Positions 17,721-27,556 are shown, counted from the stretch's first letter. The stretch: DNA of 64,000 nucleotides from Deltaproteobacteria bacterium (GCA_009929795.1 RZZR01000003.1:3747-67746); one strand, 5' to 3'. Notes: generated from the sequence alone by a model not told the origin. A program made the numbers and translations.

Positions 17721-17846
17721 TTATTTGGAGAGCCGTCCGAAGAAAAAAGCCAGAAAGGCCGTCACTCCGAGAGTCCAAAGGAAGAACTCGTTGTCGAGAA
17801 CCGTCTGGAAATTTGACAAAAACCTGTCCCATGTCTCGTAAATCAT
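17721..17846 (-). CDS. Possible 41-aa small membrane protein upstream of rfbC
   Basis: Not in the ORF track (below 60 aa). ATG is preceded by AAGGA. Sequence MIYETWDRFLSNFQTVLDNEFFLWTLGVTAFLAFFFGRLSK, with a TAA stop 4 nt before the rfbC ATG. There is no homology support. Confidence 0.25.
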   Translation of the reverse strand: MIYETWDRFLSNFQTVLDNEFFLWTLGVTAFLAFFFGRLSK

Positions 17847-18150
17847 GCTCAATCCTTGAATATCGAAAAAAATGTGTGGCGATGGCCGAAAAACGTCCGC
17901 ATCACGGGCCCGTCTACATCAAGGGAGCAAAGGCTGCAAACACTTTCTTAAAGCCTGTTGAGAACCTCTCTGGACAAGCTCACAAACGGTCCTAAAAAGA
18001 ACTATGACACTTCGAAAAATCAAGCCTCCAATTTGGCGAACTGGATTCTGGCTCGTCTTCACCGTCCTGACCATCGGCGCCCATCTCTTGTCGGCCCTTC
18101 CGGTCGGTGGCGGATTAGTGTCCACAAGAACCTTCAGCAAGGATACGAAA

Positions 18151-18552
18151 ATGACCGACAACAAGCCCGACATCAAAGCCCAGAAACGAACACTGACCCC
18201 AGAACAATTCCGAATCACCCAGGAGAAGGGTACTGAGCGCCCGTTTACCGGCACCTATTGGAACCACCATGAAGATGGAATCTATGACTGCGTCGTCTGC
18301 GGTAACAGTCTCTTCCAATCCGTGGACAAATTCGATTCCGGGACGGGCTGGCCGAGCTTCATCGCTCCGGTAGCCCCGGATGCCATTCGAACCCTTCCGG
18401 ACACATCCCATTTCATGGACCGCACCGAGGTGCTCTGCGGGTCTTGCGACGCCCATCTAGGCCATATCTTCGACGATGGCCCAGGGCCCACGGGCCTGCG
18501 GTACTGCATCAACTCAGGTGCCTTGCTGTTTCGACCTTCCCAAGACCTATGA
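18151..18552 (+). CDS. msrB: Peptide-methionine (R)-S-oxide reductase MsrB
   Basis: [18 protein letters not shown]...[11 protein letters not shown]...[11 protein letters not shown]...[19 protein letters not shown]...RYCINS. The ATG at 18151 has AAGGA upstream. The longer listed ORF (18004) would add a TM-like leader without an RBS. Confidence 0.85.
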   Translation: MTDNKPDIKAQKRTLTPEQFRITQEKGTERPFTGTYWNHHEDGIYDCVVCGNSLFQSVDKFDSGTGWPSFIAPVAPDAIRTLPDTSHFMDRTEVLCGSCDAHLGHIFDDGPGPTGLRYCINSGALLFRPSQDL

Positions 18553-21500
18553 CCGGCCCAAGAAACCCGGTCGCACATCCTCGGGCCAACCCACCATGGC
18601 CTCGATCATGGACATGATCTGGACTGTTTCGGATCCCTGCAGCCTTATAGCCCCGGATCGACAGGAGGCCACGCACAGTCCGCATCCCTTGCACAGGGTC
18701 GGCTGGATGGAGGCTCTTCCGGTCGTTTCGTTCCAGGCAGGGGCCGAGTAGGGGCAGACAATCACGCAGACCCCGCAGGCCACGCAGTATCGGGGGTCAA
18801 CAATGGCTACGGCCCCGGGGACGGATATCCTGTCCCGAGCCAGGAGGGTCACGGCTCGAGCCGCAGCAGCCTGGGCCTGGGCAATGGACTCATCGATGGG
18901 CTTGGGACCGTGGGCCATGCCGCAGACGAAAACGCCTTCCGTGGCGAAATCGACGGGCCGAAGCTTGACATGGGCCTCAGCGAAAAAACCGTCCTCGTCC
19001 TGGCTGATCTTGTACAACCGGGTCAGTCGATTGTCCTTTTCGGCCACGATGGCCGTTGCCAGAACAAGCATTTCCGGGCGGATGGACATCTTTCGGCGAA
19101 GCACGCAGTCCGAAAACCCGACCTCCAGACCTTCGTTGTCCACTTCCACGGTCAACCCCTTGTCGTAGCAATAGCGTATGAACCGGATCCCGGCCGTCCG
19201 GGCCTTCTGGTACAAATCCTCCTGAAAAGCGTAAGGCCTCATGTCCCGGTACAGGACGAAGATGTTCATATCTGGATTGAGTTCCCGCATCTTCATGGCG
19301 CTCTTGATGGTCTGGGTGCAGCAAAGCTTGGAGCAATATGGTCGCTCCGGAATCCTTGATCCTACACATTGAACGAGAACCACGCTTCGCAACCGGGCCA
19401 GCTCCTCGGGAACGTCGATGAACTTTCTCTGCAACTCGAGTCTGGTGAGCACTCTCGGGCTTCGGCCATACCCCATCAGGTCAGGCTTCAATTCCGAAGC
19501 CCCGCTGGCGACAATGGTCACCCCGTGCTCCACGACCACCTCATCACCCTGACAACCTCGAACCGTGGACCGAAAATTGCCGACAAACCCCTCGGCCTCG
19601 ACCACCTCCGATTCCATGTGAATTAAAATCAGCGGATCGCTTCTGACCGCGTCGATCAGACCCTGGAGATAGGCCTGCACGTCCTCGCCCCGCCAGGTAC
19701 GCTGAATGAACCAAGCATTGCCTCCCAAATGGGAGGTCCGCTCGACGATATGAACAGGAAAGCCCTGGGCCGAGAGGCTCCTGCCTGCCTCCATCCCGGC
19801 AACTCCCCCTCCCACTACTAGAACTGCCTTGCCCACTTCGAGCTCGGGATCCCTGAGGGGAACGGACAGGGCTACCTTGGCCACAGCCATCCGTAACAGA
19901 TCCTTGGACTTGTTCGTGGCCGCTTCAGGCATCTCTCTATGGACCCAGGAGCACTGATTCCGGATGTTTGCCATCTCGAAGAGATATTTATTGATCCCGG
20001 CCTTGATCAGGGTCTCCTGAAAAAGGGCCTCGTGGGTCTTGGGCGTGCAGGCTGCCACGACCACCCTGTTCAACCCCTGCTCCCGGATGACAGCGGTGAT
20101 CTTTTCCTGGGTGTCCTGAGAGCAGCTGAACAGGTTCACCTCCACGTGGACCACACCAGGAAGGCTTCGGGCAAAGACCTCCAGTTCTTGCATCCTGACT
20201 ACGCCGGCGATGTTGGTTCCACAACAGCAGAGGAACACCCCGATCCGGACCGGGTCTTTGGAGGTGTCCAGTTCCATCGGAACCGGCCTGGTTTTGGTTA
20301 GGGTCCACCTGGCAGGACCGAGCAGCTTTCCGGCCAGGCCCGCAGCCGCGCTTGAATCTATGACCGAAGTCGGGATGTCCTTAGGCGCTTGGACCGCCCC
20401 GCAGACGTAGATCCCGGGCCGGGATGTCTCGACCGGAGAGAAGCTTCCTGTGTCCACAAATCGATAGCTGTTCAGCCGAACTCCGAGGGCCTCGGTCAGG
20501 GCCAAGCCTCTGCCGGAAACGGCCAGTCCGGCCGAAAGCACGACCATATCGAAGGATTCCTCGACGATTGCCCCCGTGTCGTCCACATACCGGACGGCGT
20601 GGCAACCGTTTTGATCCAGGACACCCACGGTTGAAATTTTTGATTTAACAAACCGCACGCCGGCCTCGTCCCTGGCCCGGTTGAAATACCGCTCGAAATT
20701 CTTTCCGTTGGTTCTGATGTCAATATAAAAGATTGCCGTGTCCAAAAACCCCTTGCTGTGCCCCTTGGCCAACATGGCCTCCTTGACCGCAGCCGTGCAG
20801 CAGACCGAGGAACAATAGCCTTGGGCACCCTTGTGCAGATCCCGGGATCCGACGCATTGCAGCCAAGCGATCTTTTTGGGCTCCCGACCGTCTGAAGGCC
20901 GCAGGAGATGCCCTCCGGTGGGTCCCGAAGACGAGAGAAGGCGCTCGAACTCCATATTGGTGACGATGTTTGGAGAATTGAGATACCCGTAGGTGTCCAC
21001 GGCCCCGGGGTCGAAAGCCTCGGAACCCGTGGCCAGGATCACGGCCCCGACCTGAAGGGTGCGCTCCCGGACCGTGTCGGTGAAATCGATGGCCTGGTTC
21101 GGGCAAACTTTGGCGCAGGCGCCACATTTACCCTTTTGCAGGTAAATGCAGTGTTCGGGATCGATGGCATATTTCAGGGGCACGGCCTGCGCGTATTTGA
21201 GATAGATCGCCTTTCGTTTTTTGAGGCCCTGGTCGTACTCGTCATCGACCTTCTTCGGGCATTTTTCTGCGCATAGGCCGCAGGCGATGCACTTAGACGT
21301 ATCCACGTAACGTGGATGGATTCTCAGACGAACCTCGAAACTTCCGGCCTCGCCCGTGACCGACGTGACCTCGGACAGAGTCAAAAGTTCGATATTGATA
21401 TGCCGGCCGACCTCGACCAGTTTGGGCGAGATGATTCACATGGCGCAGTCGTTGGTCGGAAAGGTCTTGTCCAACTGAGACATCATCCCTCCGATCGAGC

Positions 21501-21618
21501 TGGTCCTTTCCGATAGGTACACTTGGTACCCGGAGTCAGCCAAATCAAGGGCTGCCTGCATACCGGCCACACCTCCCCCGATCACCAAAACGGATCCGAT
21601 GCACGTCTCGGCACTCAT
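18547..21618 (-). CDS. hdrA: HdrA-like FAD/FeS oxidoreductase, tandem two-module form, selenoprotein (in-frame UGA at 21436-21438 read as Sec)
   Basis: Listed ORFs 21436..21792 and 18547..21384 are in one frame and joined by TGA: ...[32 protein letters not shown]..., the conserved HdrA motif where Cys or Sec occurs. The ATG at 21618 follows GGAGGG and overlaps the hdrB stop (ATGA). There are two Rossmann motifs ([15 protein letters not shown]; [14 protein letters not shown]), several CxxCxxCxxxCP ferredoxin motifs and an MvhD-like CCCG segment. Confidence 0.8.
21403..21420 (-). other. Candidate bacterial SECIS hairpin
   Basis: It begins 16 nt after the UGA: CUGGUCG-AGGU-CGGCCGG. The stem is 7 bp including two G-U pairs, with a GU-containing tetraloop. 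Confidence 0.4.
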
Positions 21619-22463
21619 ATTCCCTCCTCGCTTGTCGTAGTATCCAAAATCCTCGACGCCAATTCGCTCCCCATCCCAAGGGCCGCCGGGTCCAGGCCCA
21701 TGGCCAAGCCCAGCAGTTGCGGATAGAGGATCGGCTCCACATCCGTGGCCCTTGCGGCAAACTGCGCTTGGCAAAACGGACAGGCCGTGCACAAATACCG
21801 GGCACCGGCGGATCTTGCGCTTTCGATCTTGCGGTTCATGATCGTCGTGGACAGTTCATTGTCGACGGCTCGCAGGGGCGCACCACAACACTCGAGTCGA
21901 AGGTCCCACTCGACGCTTCGAGCCCCGGTCTGGGCGATAAGATCCTCAAAAATTGTCGGTTTATACGGGTCGTCAAAATTGGTGACATCGCTCGGCCTCA
22001 AGGCGTGACATCCGTAGTGAGGGGCCAGTGGCAGGCCTTTGAAAAGCCGAACGACCTTGGTTTCGAGTGCCTGAAGGCCCACGTCGTGACGTAGAACGCT
22101 CAAGACGTGACGGATTTTGACCTCCTGCCCCAGACCGAGCCCGACTCTGCCAAGATGGCGCGCTATCTCCGCCCTGGCCTCGGGCTCCTCCCGAAGAAAC
22201 TGGCGAGCCTTTTTCAAGGTTCCGAAACAACACGCGCACAAGACCAGCAAATCCAGTCCGGCCTGTTCGGCCAAGGCCAGATTCCTGACCGCCGAAACCA
22301 AGAAGGACAGCCGATCAATGTTGCGCATTGGATATCCACAACACCCGAAGGCCGAAATGTCCAGCAGGTCCACCCCCAAGGATTGAAGCACCGCCCTGGT
22401 CGAAGTCTCGTACTGAGGAACCAGGGCCGGGGCCGTGCAGCCGATAAAAAAGGCGAATCGCAT
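21615..22463 (-). CDS. hdrB: HdrB-like heterodisulfide reductase subunit (two CCG domains)
   Basis: FFIGCTAP...FGCCGYP and HYGCHALRP...ECCGAP, plus a C-terminal CTACPFC. RBS GGGAGG. Confidence 0.75.
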   Translation of the reverse strand: MRFAFFIGCTAPALVPQYETSTRAVLQSLGVDLLDISAFGCCGYPMRNIDRLSFLVSAVRNLALAEQAGLDLLVLCACCFGTLKKARQFLREEPEARAEIARHLGRVGLGLGQEVKIRHVLSVLRHDVGLQALETKVVRLFKGLPLAPHYGCHALRPSDVTNFDDPYKPTIFEDLIAQTGARSVEWDLRLECCGAPLRAVDNELSTTIMNRKIESARSAGARYLCTACPFCQAQFAARATDVEPILYPQLLGLAMGLDPAALGMGSELASRILDTTTSEEGI

Positions 22464-22466
22464 GAT

Positions 22467-24191
22467 TCAGACCTCCCGCCTGGACAGTCCGATTTCAGCC
22501 ACGGCCGTGTGCTTTAGTCGGTAGAAAAGGTCTACGATCCTGACCTGCTGGGGACAATATTCCTGACATTTATAGCAGGTCAGGCACTTCCAGATCATCT
22601 TGCTCCCCAAAGCCATCTCGGTCAGACCAAGCCCTAGGCAGCACATGATCTGGTGGGGAAGAAGCCCCAGCTCCTTCTCCGGATTCTCGTAACTCATGAC
22701 CACCGGGCAGAGCGTCGTGCAGGTCTGGCAGCTGAAACAATAGGAAAAGGTCTTGTTCCTAGACAATTGGGCCGCCAGTTTGTTTTCCTGATCCACAAGA
22801 GGAATGGGGCCTGCCGGATTCCGGAAACCTCCCCGGATGAGGTTGAAGGCGGCTTTGGAGTCAACTTCGAAATCCCTACACGCGTTCATGACGGAGCGGG
22901 CGAAGAAAAACGGAGACAGCGCGAAAGGCTCCGGACCATGCTCCCTGACCAGCACGTTTCGAGCCTCAAGCCAGATGGACTTCAGATCGATACCGGAAGG
23001 ACAGAGTGCCGTGCACCTTCCGCAGCTCGAACAGACCGACACTCCCTGGCGAAGGGCTTCCCGCTCCTGCCTGGTCAGGCCAAGGCCCAAAAGCGTCCTC
23101 CTCAGGGCCTGAACCTTTTCGCCAGGAAGCACGAGGTCATTGTCCAAGGTCCAGGACGCGGCCATGGCCGAGCAGTTGGCACTGCACTCCCCGCAATGGG
23201 TGCAGGCATCCAACTCCAAAACCCGCCTGGTCATAAAATTCTCGGCAGTTGCGGTTCCCAGTCCCGACACCCTGCGGACGATGAGGCTGAGCGGCGTGGC
23301 CAAAATGTGAAACATCTTGGTGAAGGGCAACGAGGCCAGCCCAAACAGAGTCAAGAGCACGTGAACCCACCAGAGCATATCCACGGCCCGAAAATGGTTC
23401 CACTCCAGGGCCAGGGGGGAAAAACCCCGAGCCAAGGCGAAACTTACAGGAGCCCATCGGCTCGGAGCATGGCAAAATGCACAGGCCTCTTCGTTCACCT
23501 CTCGGCCCTTGTCCAACACCTCTGGATCGAAGGGACGCCCAACCCGGTGGGAAACCAGTCCGCACTCGGCCGCCCAAAAGGACTCCAGAGCCGGAACGTC
23601 GTCAGGGTCGACGGACGAGTAGTCACTGACCATCCGGTCAAACTCGTCCATTGAGGTCATCTTCATGGCCTGCAGGCCGAAGCCCGAACAGACGATACCG
23701 CCGACCAAGGCCAGGGCGATCCAGTCCCTGGCCGAAGACAAAACATGCTTTCTGATCCGTCGGACCACGGCCACGGCCACTCCGGACAGGACCAGGGCGC
23801 CAGCCGCATCGCGGAGAAAGAACCAGGGGTTCAGGCTCGATTGGTAGTCGGAAAAAAGTTCCTCGGTCACCATCCCATCCAGGGCGTGGAAAAGGACCAA
23901 ATAGAGAACTCCCCAGAAGATGGCACCGTGCATGATCCAGCGCTGGAGACTTCGCTTCCGGGTCCGCTCGAGCAGGAAGACGTCCAGAACCGTGGCCAGG
24001 CCGAGATCACGAAATCCCCGCCCCCGGGATAGGCAGCGCCAGGTACCGGACAGGGCCGCACCTGTCCTGCGCCAGACCGAAGCCCCTCCGGTCTCCCCTT
24101 CCAAACACCGCGAGAACCAGCCGTAGACCCGATACAGAATTCCCAGGATGCAGACCGCAACAGACAACCAGAGCAGGACATCGTAGACCAT
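22467..24191 (-). CDS. Membrane cytochrome-b-like (NarI/DsrM/HdrE-type) domain fused to a double HdrC-like 4Fe-4S domain
   Basis: Start taken at MVYDVLLWLSV (AGGAG upstream). About 5-6 TM helices carry paired His (IMHGAIFWGVLYLVLFHAL; WWVHVLLTLFGLASLPFTKMFHIL). The cytoplasmic part follows with CTHCGECSANC, CSSCGRCTALCP, CFSCQTCTTLCP and CLTCYKCQEYCP. Confidence 0.7.
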   Translation of the reverse strand: MVYDVLLWLSVAVCILGILYRVYGWFSRCLEGETGGASVWRRTGAALSGTWRCLSRGRGFRDLGLATVLDVFLLERTRKRSLQRWIMHGAIFWGVLYLVLFHALDGMVTEELFSDYQSSLNPWFFLRDAAGALVLSGVAVAVVRRIRKHVLSSARDWIALALVGGIVCSGFGLQAMKMTSMDEFDRMVSDYSSVDPDDVPALESFWAAECGLVSHRVGRPFDPEVLDKGREVNEEACAFCHAPSRWAPVSFALARGFSPLALEWNHFRAVDMLWWVHVLLTLFGLASLPFTKMFHILATPLSLIVRRVSGLGTATAENFMTRRVLELDACTHCGECSANCSAMAASWTLDNDLVLPGEKVQALRRTLLGLGLTRQEREALRQGVSVCSSCGRCTALCPSGIDLKSIWLEARNVLVREHGPEPFALSPFFFARSVMNACRDFEVDSKAAFNLIRGGFRNPAGPIPLVDQENKLAAQLSRNKTFSYCFSCQTCTTLCPVVMSYENPEKELGLLPHQIMCCLGLGLTEMALGSKMIWKCLTCYKCQEYCPQQVRIVDLFYRLKHTAVAEIGLSRREV

Positions 24192-24207
24192 CGGTGCTCC
24201 TTGCCTC

Positions 24208-25068
24208 TCAATAGTCCGGGGGGAGCCGATCCAGCTCGGCCTTGGTGAAAACCGGACCGTCCTTGCACACGTAGTAGGGTCCGACGTTGCAGCGCCCGCA
24301 AATCCCAATCCCGCATTTCATCCGGTTTTCAAGGCTGAGAAAGATTCGGTCCGCGGTCCAGCCCAGCGAATCGAACACCGGCTGGGTGAAGCGGATCATG
24401 ACCGGAGGGCCGCAGACCAGAGCAATGGAGTTGTCCGGACTCGGGGCCACCTGACCGACCACGTTCGGGACGAACCCGACCAGACCGTCCCATCCCTCCG
24501 CCTCGCGATCCACGGTGACGTGACAATGGACATCGTCCCCGAAACGTGCCCATCGATCGAGTTCCCGACGATAGAGAAGCATGCCGGGAGTCCTGGCCCC
24601 ATAGATGAAATCGATCCGACCGTAGTCCTTCCGGTGTTCCGGCGAGAGAAGCCAGTTCATAGTCGCCCGCAAGGTGGTGACCGCGAATCCCCCGGCCACG
24701 ATGACCACGTTGCGCCCCCGATTTTCCTCCAATGGATAGGGCCTGCCCAAGGGGCCCCGGACCCCCATCACGTCACCGGCCTGCATATTGTGCAGGGCCG
24801 TGGTTACCCTTCCAGTCCTGTTAACCGTGAACAAAAGATTCCGCCCCTCTGTGGGGCTGGACGCAATGCCAATGGGAATCTCCCCGTGACCGGCCAGGCT
24901 CAGTTCGGCGAACTGACCGGGCATGTAGTTGAATTCCGGGGCGTCGTCCGGGTCGAGACGCTCGAGCCAATAGGAACGTAGCTGTCTGTCCTCGGTTTCC
25001 ACGGCGACGTCGACGATCCGCGCCGGGGTAGGCACGTACGGGTTACTCACGAACGCCCTCCGCCTCAT
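24208..25068 (-). CDS. flxA: FlxA-like FAD/NAD(P)-binding oxidoreductase with C-terminal [2Fe-2S] (PyrK/AsrB type)
   Basis: PGQFAELSL...IASSP (FAD-binding), VVIVAGGFAVTTL (NAD-binding), CGIGICGRCN (cluster). An alternative GTG start at 25050 lies 6 nt after GGAGG. Confidence 0.65.
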   Translation of the reverse strand: MRRRAFVSNPYVPTPARIVDVAVETEDRQLRSYWLERLDPDDAPEFNYMPGQFAELSLAGHGEIPIGIASSPTEGRNLLFTVNRTGRVTTALHNMQAGDVMGVRGPLGRPYPLEENRGRNVVIVAGGFAVTTLRATMNWLLSPEHRKDYGRIDFIYGARTPGMLLYRRELDRWARFGDDVHCHVTVDREAEGWDGLVGFVPNVVGQVAPSPDNSIALVCGPPVMIRFTQPVFDSLGWTADRIFLSLENRMKCGIGICGRCNVGPYYVCKDGPVFTKAELDRLPPDY

Positions 25069-26101
25069 TCATCCGGGCCACAATCTCCCGGACGTCGATG
25101 TTTACCGGACAGAGCCGTGTGCACCGCCCGCAGCCCACGCAGCCCATCATACCATTTCTGCGCATGGGGATATACTTGAACTTGTGCATGAATCGCTGTC
25201 GGAACCGATCGGTCTTGGTTGCCCGGGGATTGTGACCCGAGGCGTGCTGGGTGAAAAGCCTGCTCATGCAGGTGTCCCAGTTTCTGACCCTTTGCCCCGA
25301 GGCTCCAGACACCTCGTCCTGGATGTCAAAACAGTGACAAGTGGGACAAAAAAAGGTGCACGCTCCGCAGTTCAGACAGGTGAAGGCCGCCTCTTCCCAA
25401 AATTTCCGGTGAAACAGATCGAGAACTTCGGCCTCGGCAATATGGTCCGTATAAACGGCCACGGCCGCTGCCGCCTCGGCCTGCCTGCGGCGCCGACCGG
25501 CCCGCACCGAATCTCCCCGCTTGGGTGAGGGAAGGCCTTTGACCAATGTCTCGCCTGCCTCGGACAAAACCCTGACCACATAGCCCTCGCCCACATCCAC
25601 AAACAGGAGATCAAACCCTTCCTCGTGGTGAGGCCCACACTGCATGGCCATGCAGAAACTGGACGGGCAGGGCTCGTTGCAGGCTAGGCCGACCAGAATC
25701 GAATTCTGCCGCTTGGCCTGCCAGTAGACATCCGGGCAGGCGGGATCCTGAAGAAAGATGGCATCCAAAAGAACCAGGGACCGAGCCTCGCAGGGCCTGA
25801 CGTTCAGAATGACCAGCCGTTCGGAATCGAAAGGCACGGGCCGCATGACCATGCCCTCGGGAGATCTCGGTTCATTCAGAAACCTCATCATACACTCGGT
25901 CTGGGGAAAAAACAGCGACTTGAGTGGCGTGACCGTGTTGACGAATTCTCGGATCATGTGTCCGAAATGCTGCACCGGCCCCCAGTCAGGTCCTGCGCTG
26001 GTCTCCACCGGGGCCAGAACCGGCATTCGTTCCAGAACCCCCTGGGCCCATTCTTCCAGGCGATCTTTGGTCACGTATCTGTTTTTCCTCGCCACCGACA
26101 C
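25043..26101 (-). CDS. flxB: FlxB-like iron-sulfur protein (AsrA / sulfhydrogenase beta type)
   Basis: CLNCGACTFFCPTCHCF and CVGCGRCTRLCP motifs. Positioned between flxC-like and flxA-like genes. Confidence 0.6.
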   Translation of the reverse strand: MSVARKNRYVTKDRLEEWAQGVLERMPVLAPVETSAGPDWGPVQHFGHMIREFVNTVTPLKSLFFPQTECMMRFLNEPRSPEGMVMRPVPFDSERLVILNVRPCEARSLVLLDAIFLQDPACPDVYWQAKRQNSILVGLACNEPCPSSFCMAMQCGPHHEEGFDLLFVDVGEGYVVRVLSEAGETLVKGLPSPKRGDSVRAGRRRRQAEAAAAVAVYTDHIAEAEVLDLFHRKFWEEAAFTCLNCGACTFFCPTCHCFDIQDEVSGASGQRVRNWDTCMSRLFTQHASGHNPRATKTDRFRQRFMHKFKYIPMRRNGMMGCVGCGRCTRLCPVNIDVREIVARMNEAEGVRE

Positions 26102-26102
26102 C

Positions 26103-27068
26103 TCACGTATTGAAGATCAGGAAATCTTGAGAATCTTCGGACTTGAAGGACATCAGCGGCTGACGGTCCACAGGGTCCAGCCCGGGCTCATGGCCGTAGA
26201 GAAATCGGACGTCCTTTTCCAGCTTAGCGGTCAGTCTCCGCACCTTCACTCCCACCGGACAGGCCGACTCACATGCACCGCAATCCGTGCAACGTCCGGC
26301 ACAATGCAGTGCCCGCAAAAGATGAAACGTCTGGACATCGGCCTCGTCCTGTCCCTTGCCGCACCATTGGGGCCTGCTTTCGTCGACGAAGCATACCGGA
26401 CAATAGCACAGGGGGCAGGCGTCCCGGCAGGCATAGCACCGGACGCAAGACGCAAAGGTCGAGACAAAGGATCGCCATCGGTCGGAGGCCTCCAAGGATT
26501 CCCAAGGCGCGGCGACCATGTCCAGATTCCCGCCACCGGTCTCGTCCACCGGGGAAGCGGCCAGAAAGTCGTGAATCACCGGATTGCGATGCATGCAGGT
26601 CATGCAATTGTCGCGGCGCATGTGGGCTCGAACAAGGCGCTCCTCGAAATCCATCCCCCGAACCGTGATCTCCCCTTCCCCGTCGTCGACGACCTCAAGG
26701 ATTGTCCGGCCTCCGACCTTGGCCTGGATTTTCCGTCGATCCAGCATTCCCAGGCATGGAACCCCCAGAAACACCACCCTGTCCCGCTCGATCTGCCTCT
26801 CCTGAATCAGCCCGACGATGTTGCGACTCACGCAACCCTGGGCGACGATGCCGATCCGGCCTTTGAAACCCGACAGATACGTGGCCGGGTTGCCGACACA
26901 GAACCCGGACCAGATCAGTTCGCCGACCTGGGACGAATCCCGGATCAAAATGGGCCTGTCCCGCATGGGCACCGTGCCCCGGGCGTGACCGAGCACGGCA
27001 TCGACCCGTCCCTCGTCCAGAATTGCGGCAGCGAATTCTCGAATGGCCAGGGTTCTCTCCGTCAGCAT
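26103..27068 (-). CDS. flxC: FlxC-like iron-sulfur protein
   Basis: Start at MLTERTLAIREF, an ATG that overlaps the flxD stop (ATGCTGA). Motifs CVRCYACRDACPLCYCPVCF and CTDCGACESACP. The listed 425-aa ORF is an upstream over-extension. Confidence 0.6.
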   Translation of the reverse strand: MLTERTLAIREFAAAILDEGRVDAVLGHARGTVPMRDRPILIRDSSQVGELIWSGFCVGNPATYLSGFKGRIGIVAQGCVSRNIVGLIQERQIERDRVVFLGVPCLGMLDRRKIQAKVGGRTILEVVDDGEGEITVRGMDFEERLVRAHMRRDNCMTCMHRNPVIHDFLAASPVDETGGGNLDMVAAPWESLEASDRWRSFVSTFASCVRCYACRDACPLCYCPVCFVDESRPQWCGKGQDEADVQTFHLLRALHCAGRCTDCGACESACPVGVKVRRLTAKLEKDVRFLYGHEPGLDPVDRQPLMSFKSEDSQDFLIFNT

Positions 27069-27556
27069 GGCCCGGCCCCTTCTTCGATCTTTTTGACCAG
27101 CCTCGTGTTCGGCCCCAGCCCTCTGACGGTCTCCACCACCTCCGTGGCCGTCCGTCGAAAGGCCTCGGCCTCGGCCGAAGAGATCCAGGAGAAAAGAACT
27201 CTTCCCGGCTCCAGTCCCACATACTCCAGAAGATTCTTCAGCAGGGCGAAACGACGCCTGGCATGGAGGTTGCCTGAGATGTAGTGGCAGTCTCCAGGAT
27301 GGCAGCCCGAAATCCAGACCCCGTCGGCTCCCCGGCGAAAGGCCTGAAGAACGTAGCGGGCATCGAGTCCTCCCGTGCAAGGAAGTCGGACGACCCGAAA
27401 ATTAGGTGGATACTGCATTCGGCCTACACCGGCCAGATCGGCCGCGCCGTAGGTGCACCAGTTACAAAAAAAAGCGACGATCCTCGGCTCGAACTGCTCC
27501 ACCAAGTTCTCCATGACCAAAGGTTTCGGATCGATCCTCGATACCTTTCTATACAT
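27062..27556 (-). CDS. flxD: MvhD/FlxD-like hydrogenase iron-sulfur (delta) subunit
   Basis: IVAFFCNWCTYGAADLAG...VVRLPCTG...GADGVWISGCHPGDCHY is the MvhD signature. Confidence 0.75.
   Translation of the reverse strand: MYRKVSRIDPKPLVMENLVEQFEPRIVAFFCNWCTYGAADLAGVGRMQYPPNFRVVRLPCTGGLDARYVLQAFRRGADGVWISGCHPGDCHYISGNLHARRRFALLKNLLEYVGLEPGRVLFSWISSAEAEAFRRTATEVVETVRGLGPNTRLVKKIEEGAGPC

Noticed and set aside
18547-18552. A 6-nt convergent overlap of the msrB and hdrA stop regions.
   Set aside because: It is a real sequence feature, but small convergent overlaps are common in compact genomes. No hairpin or regulatory element was seen there.
21385-21438. Apparent gene break between ORF 21436..21792 and ORF 18547..21384. 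It could be a pseudogene, a frameshift or two separate genes.
   Set aside because: Both pieces are in the same frame and separated by a single TGA. The conserved HdrA motif (NDCAM-x-IISPKLVE) runs straight across it, and a hairpin follows. Sec recoding explains it better than decay.
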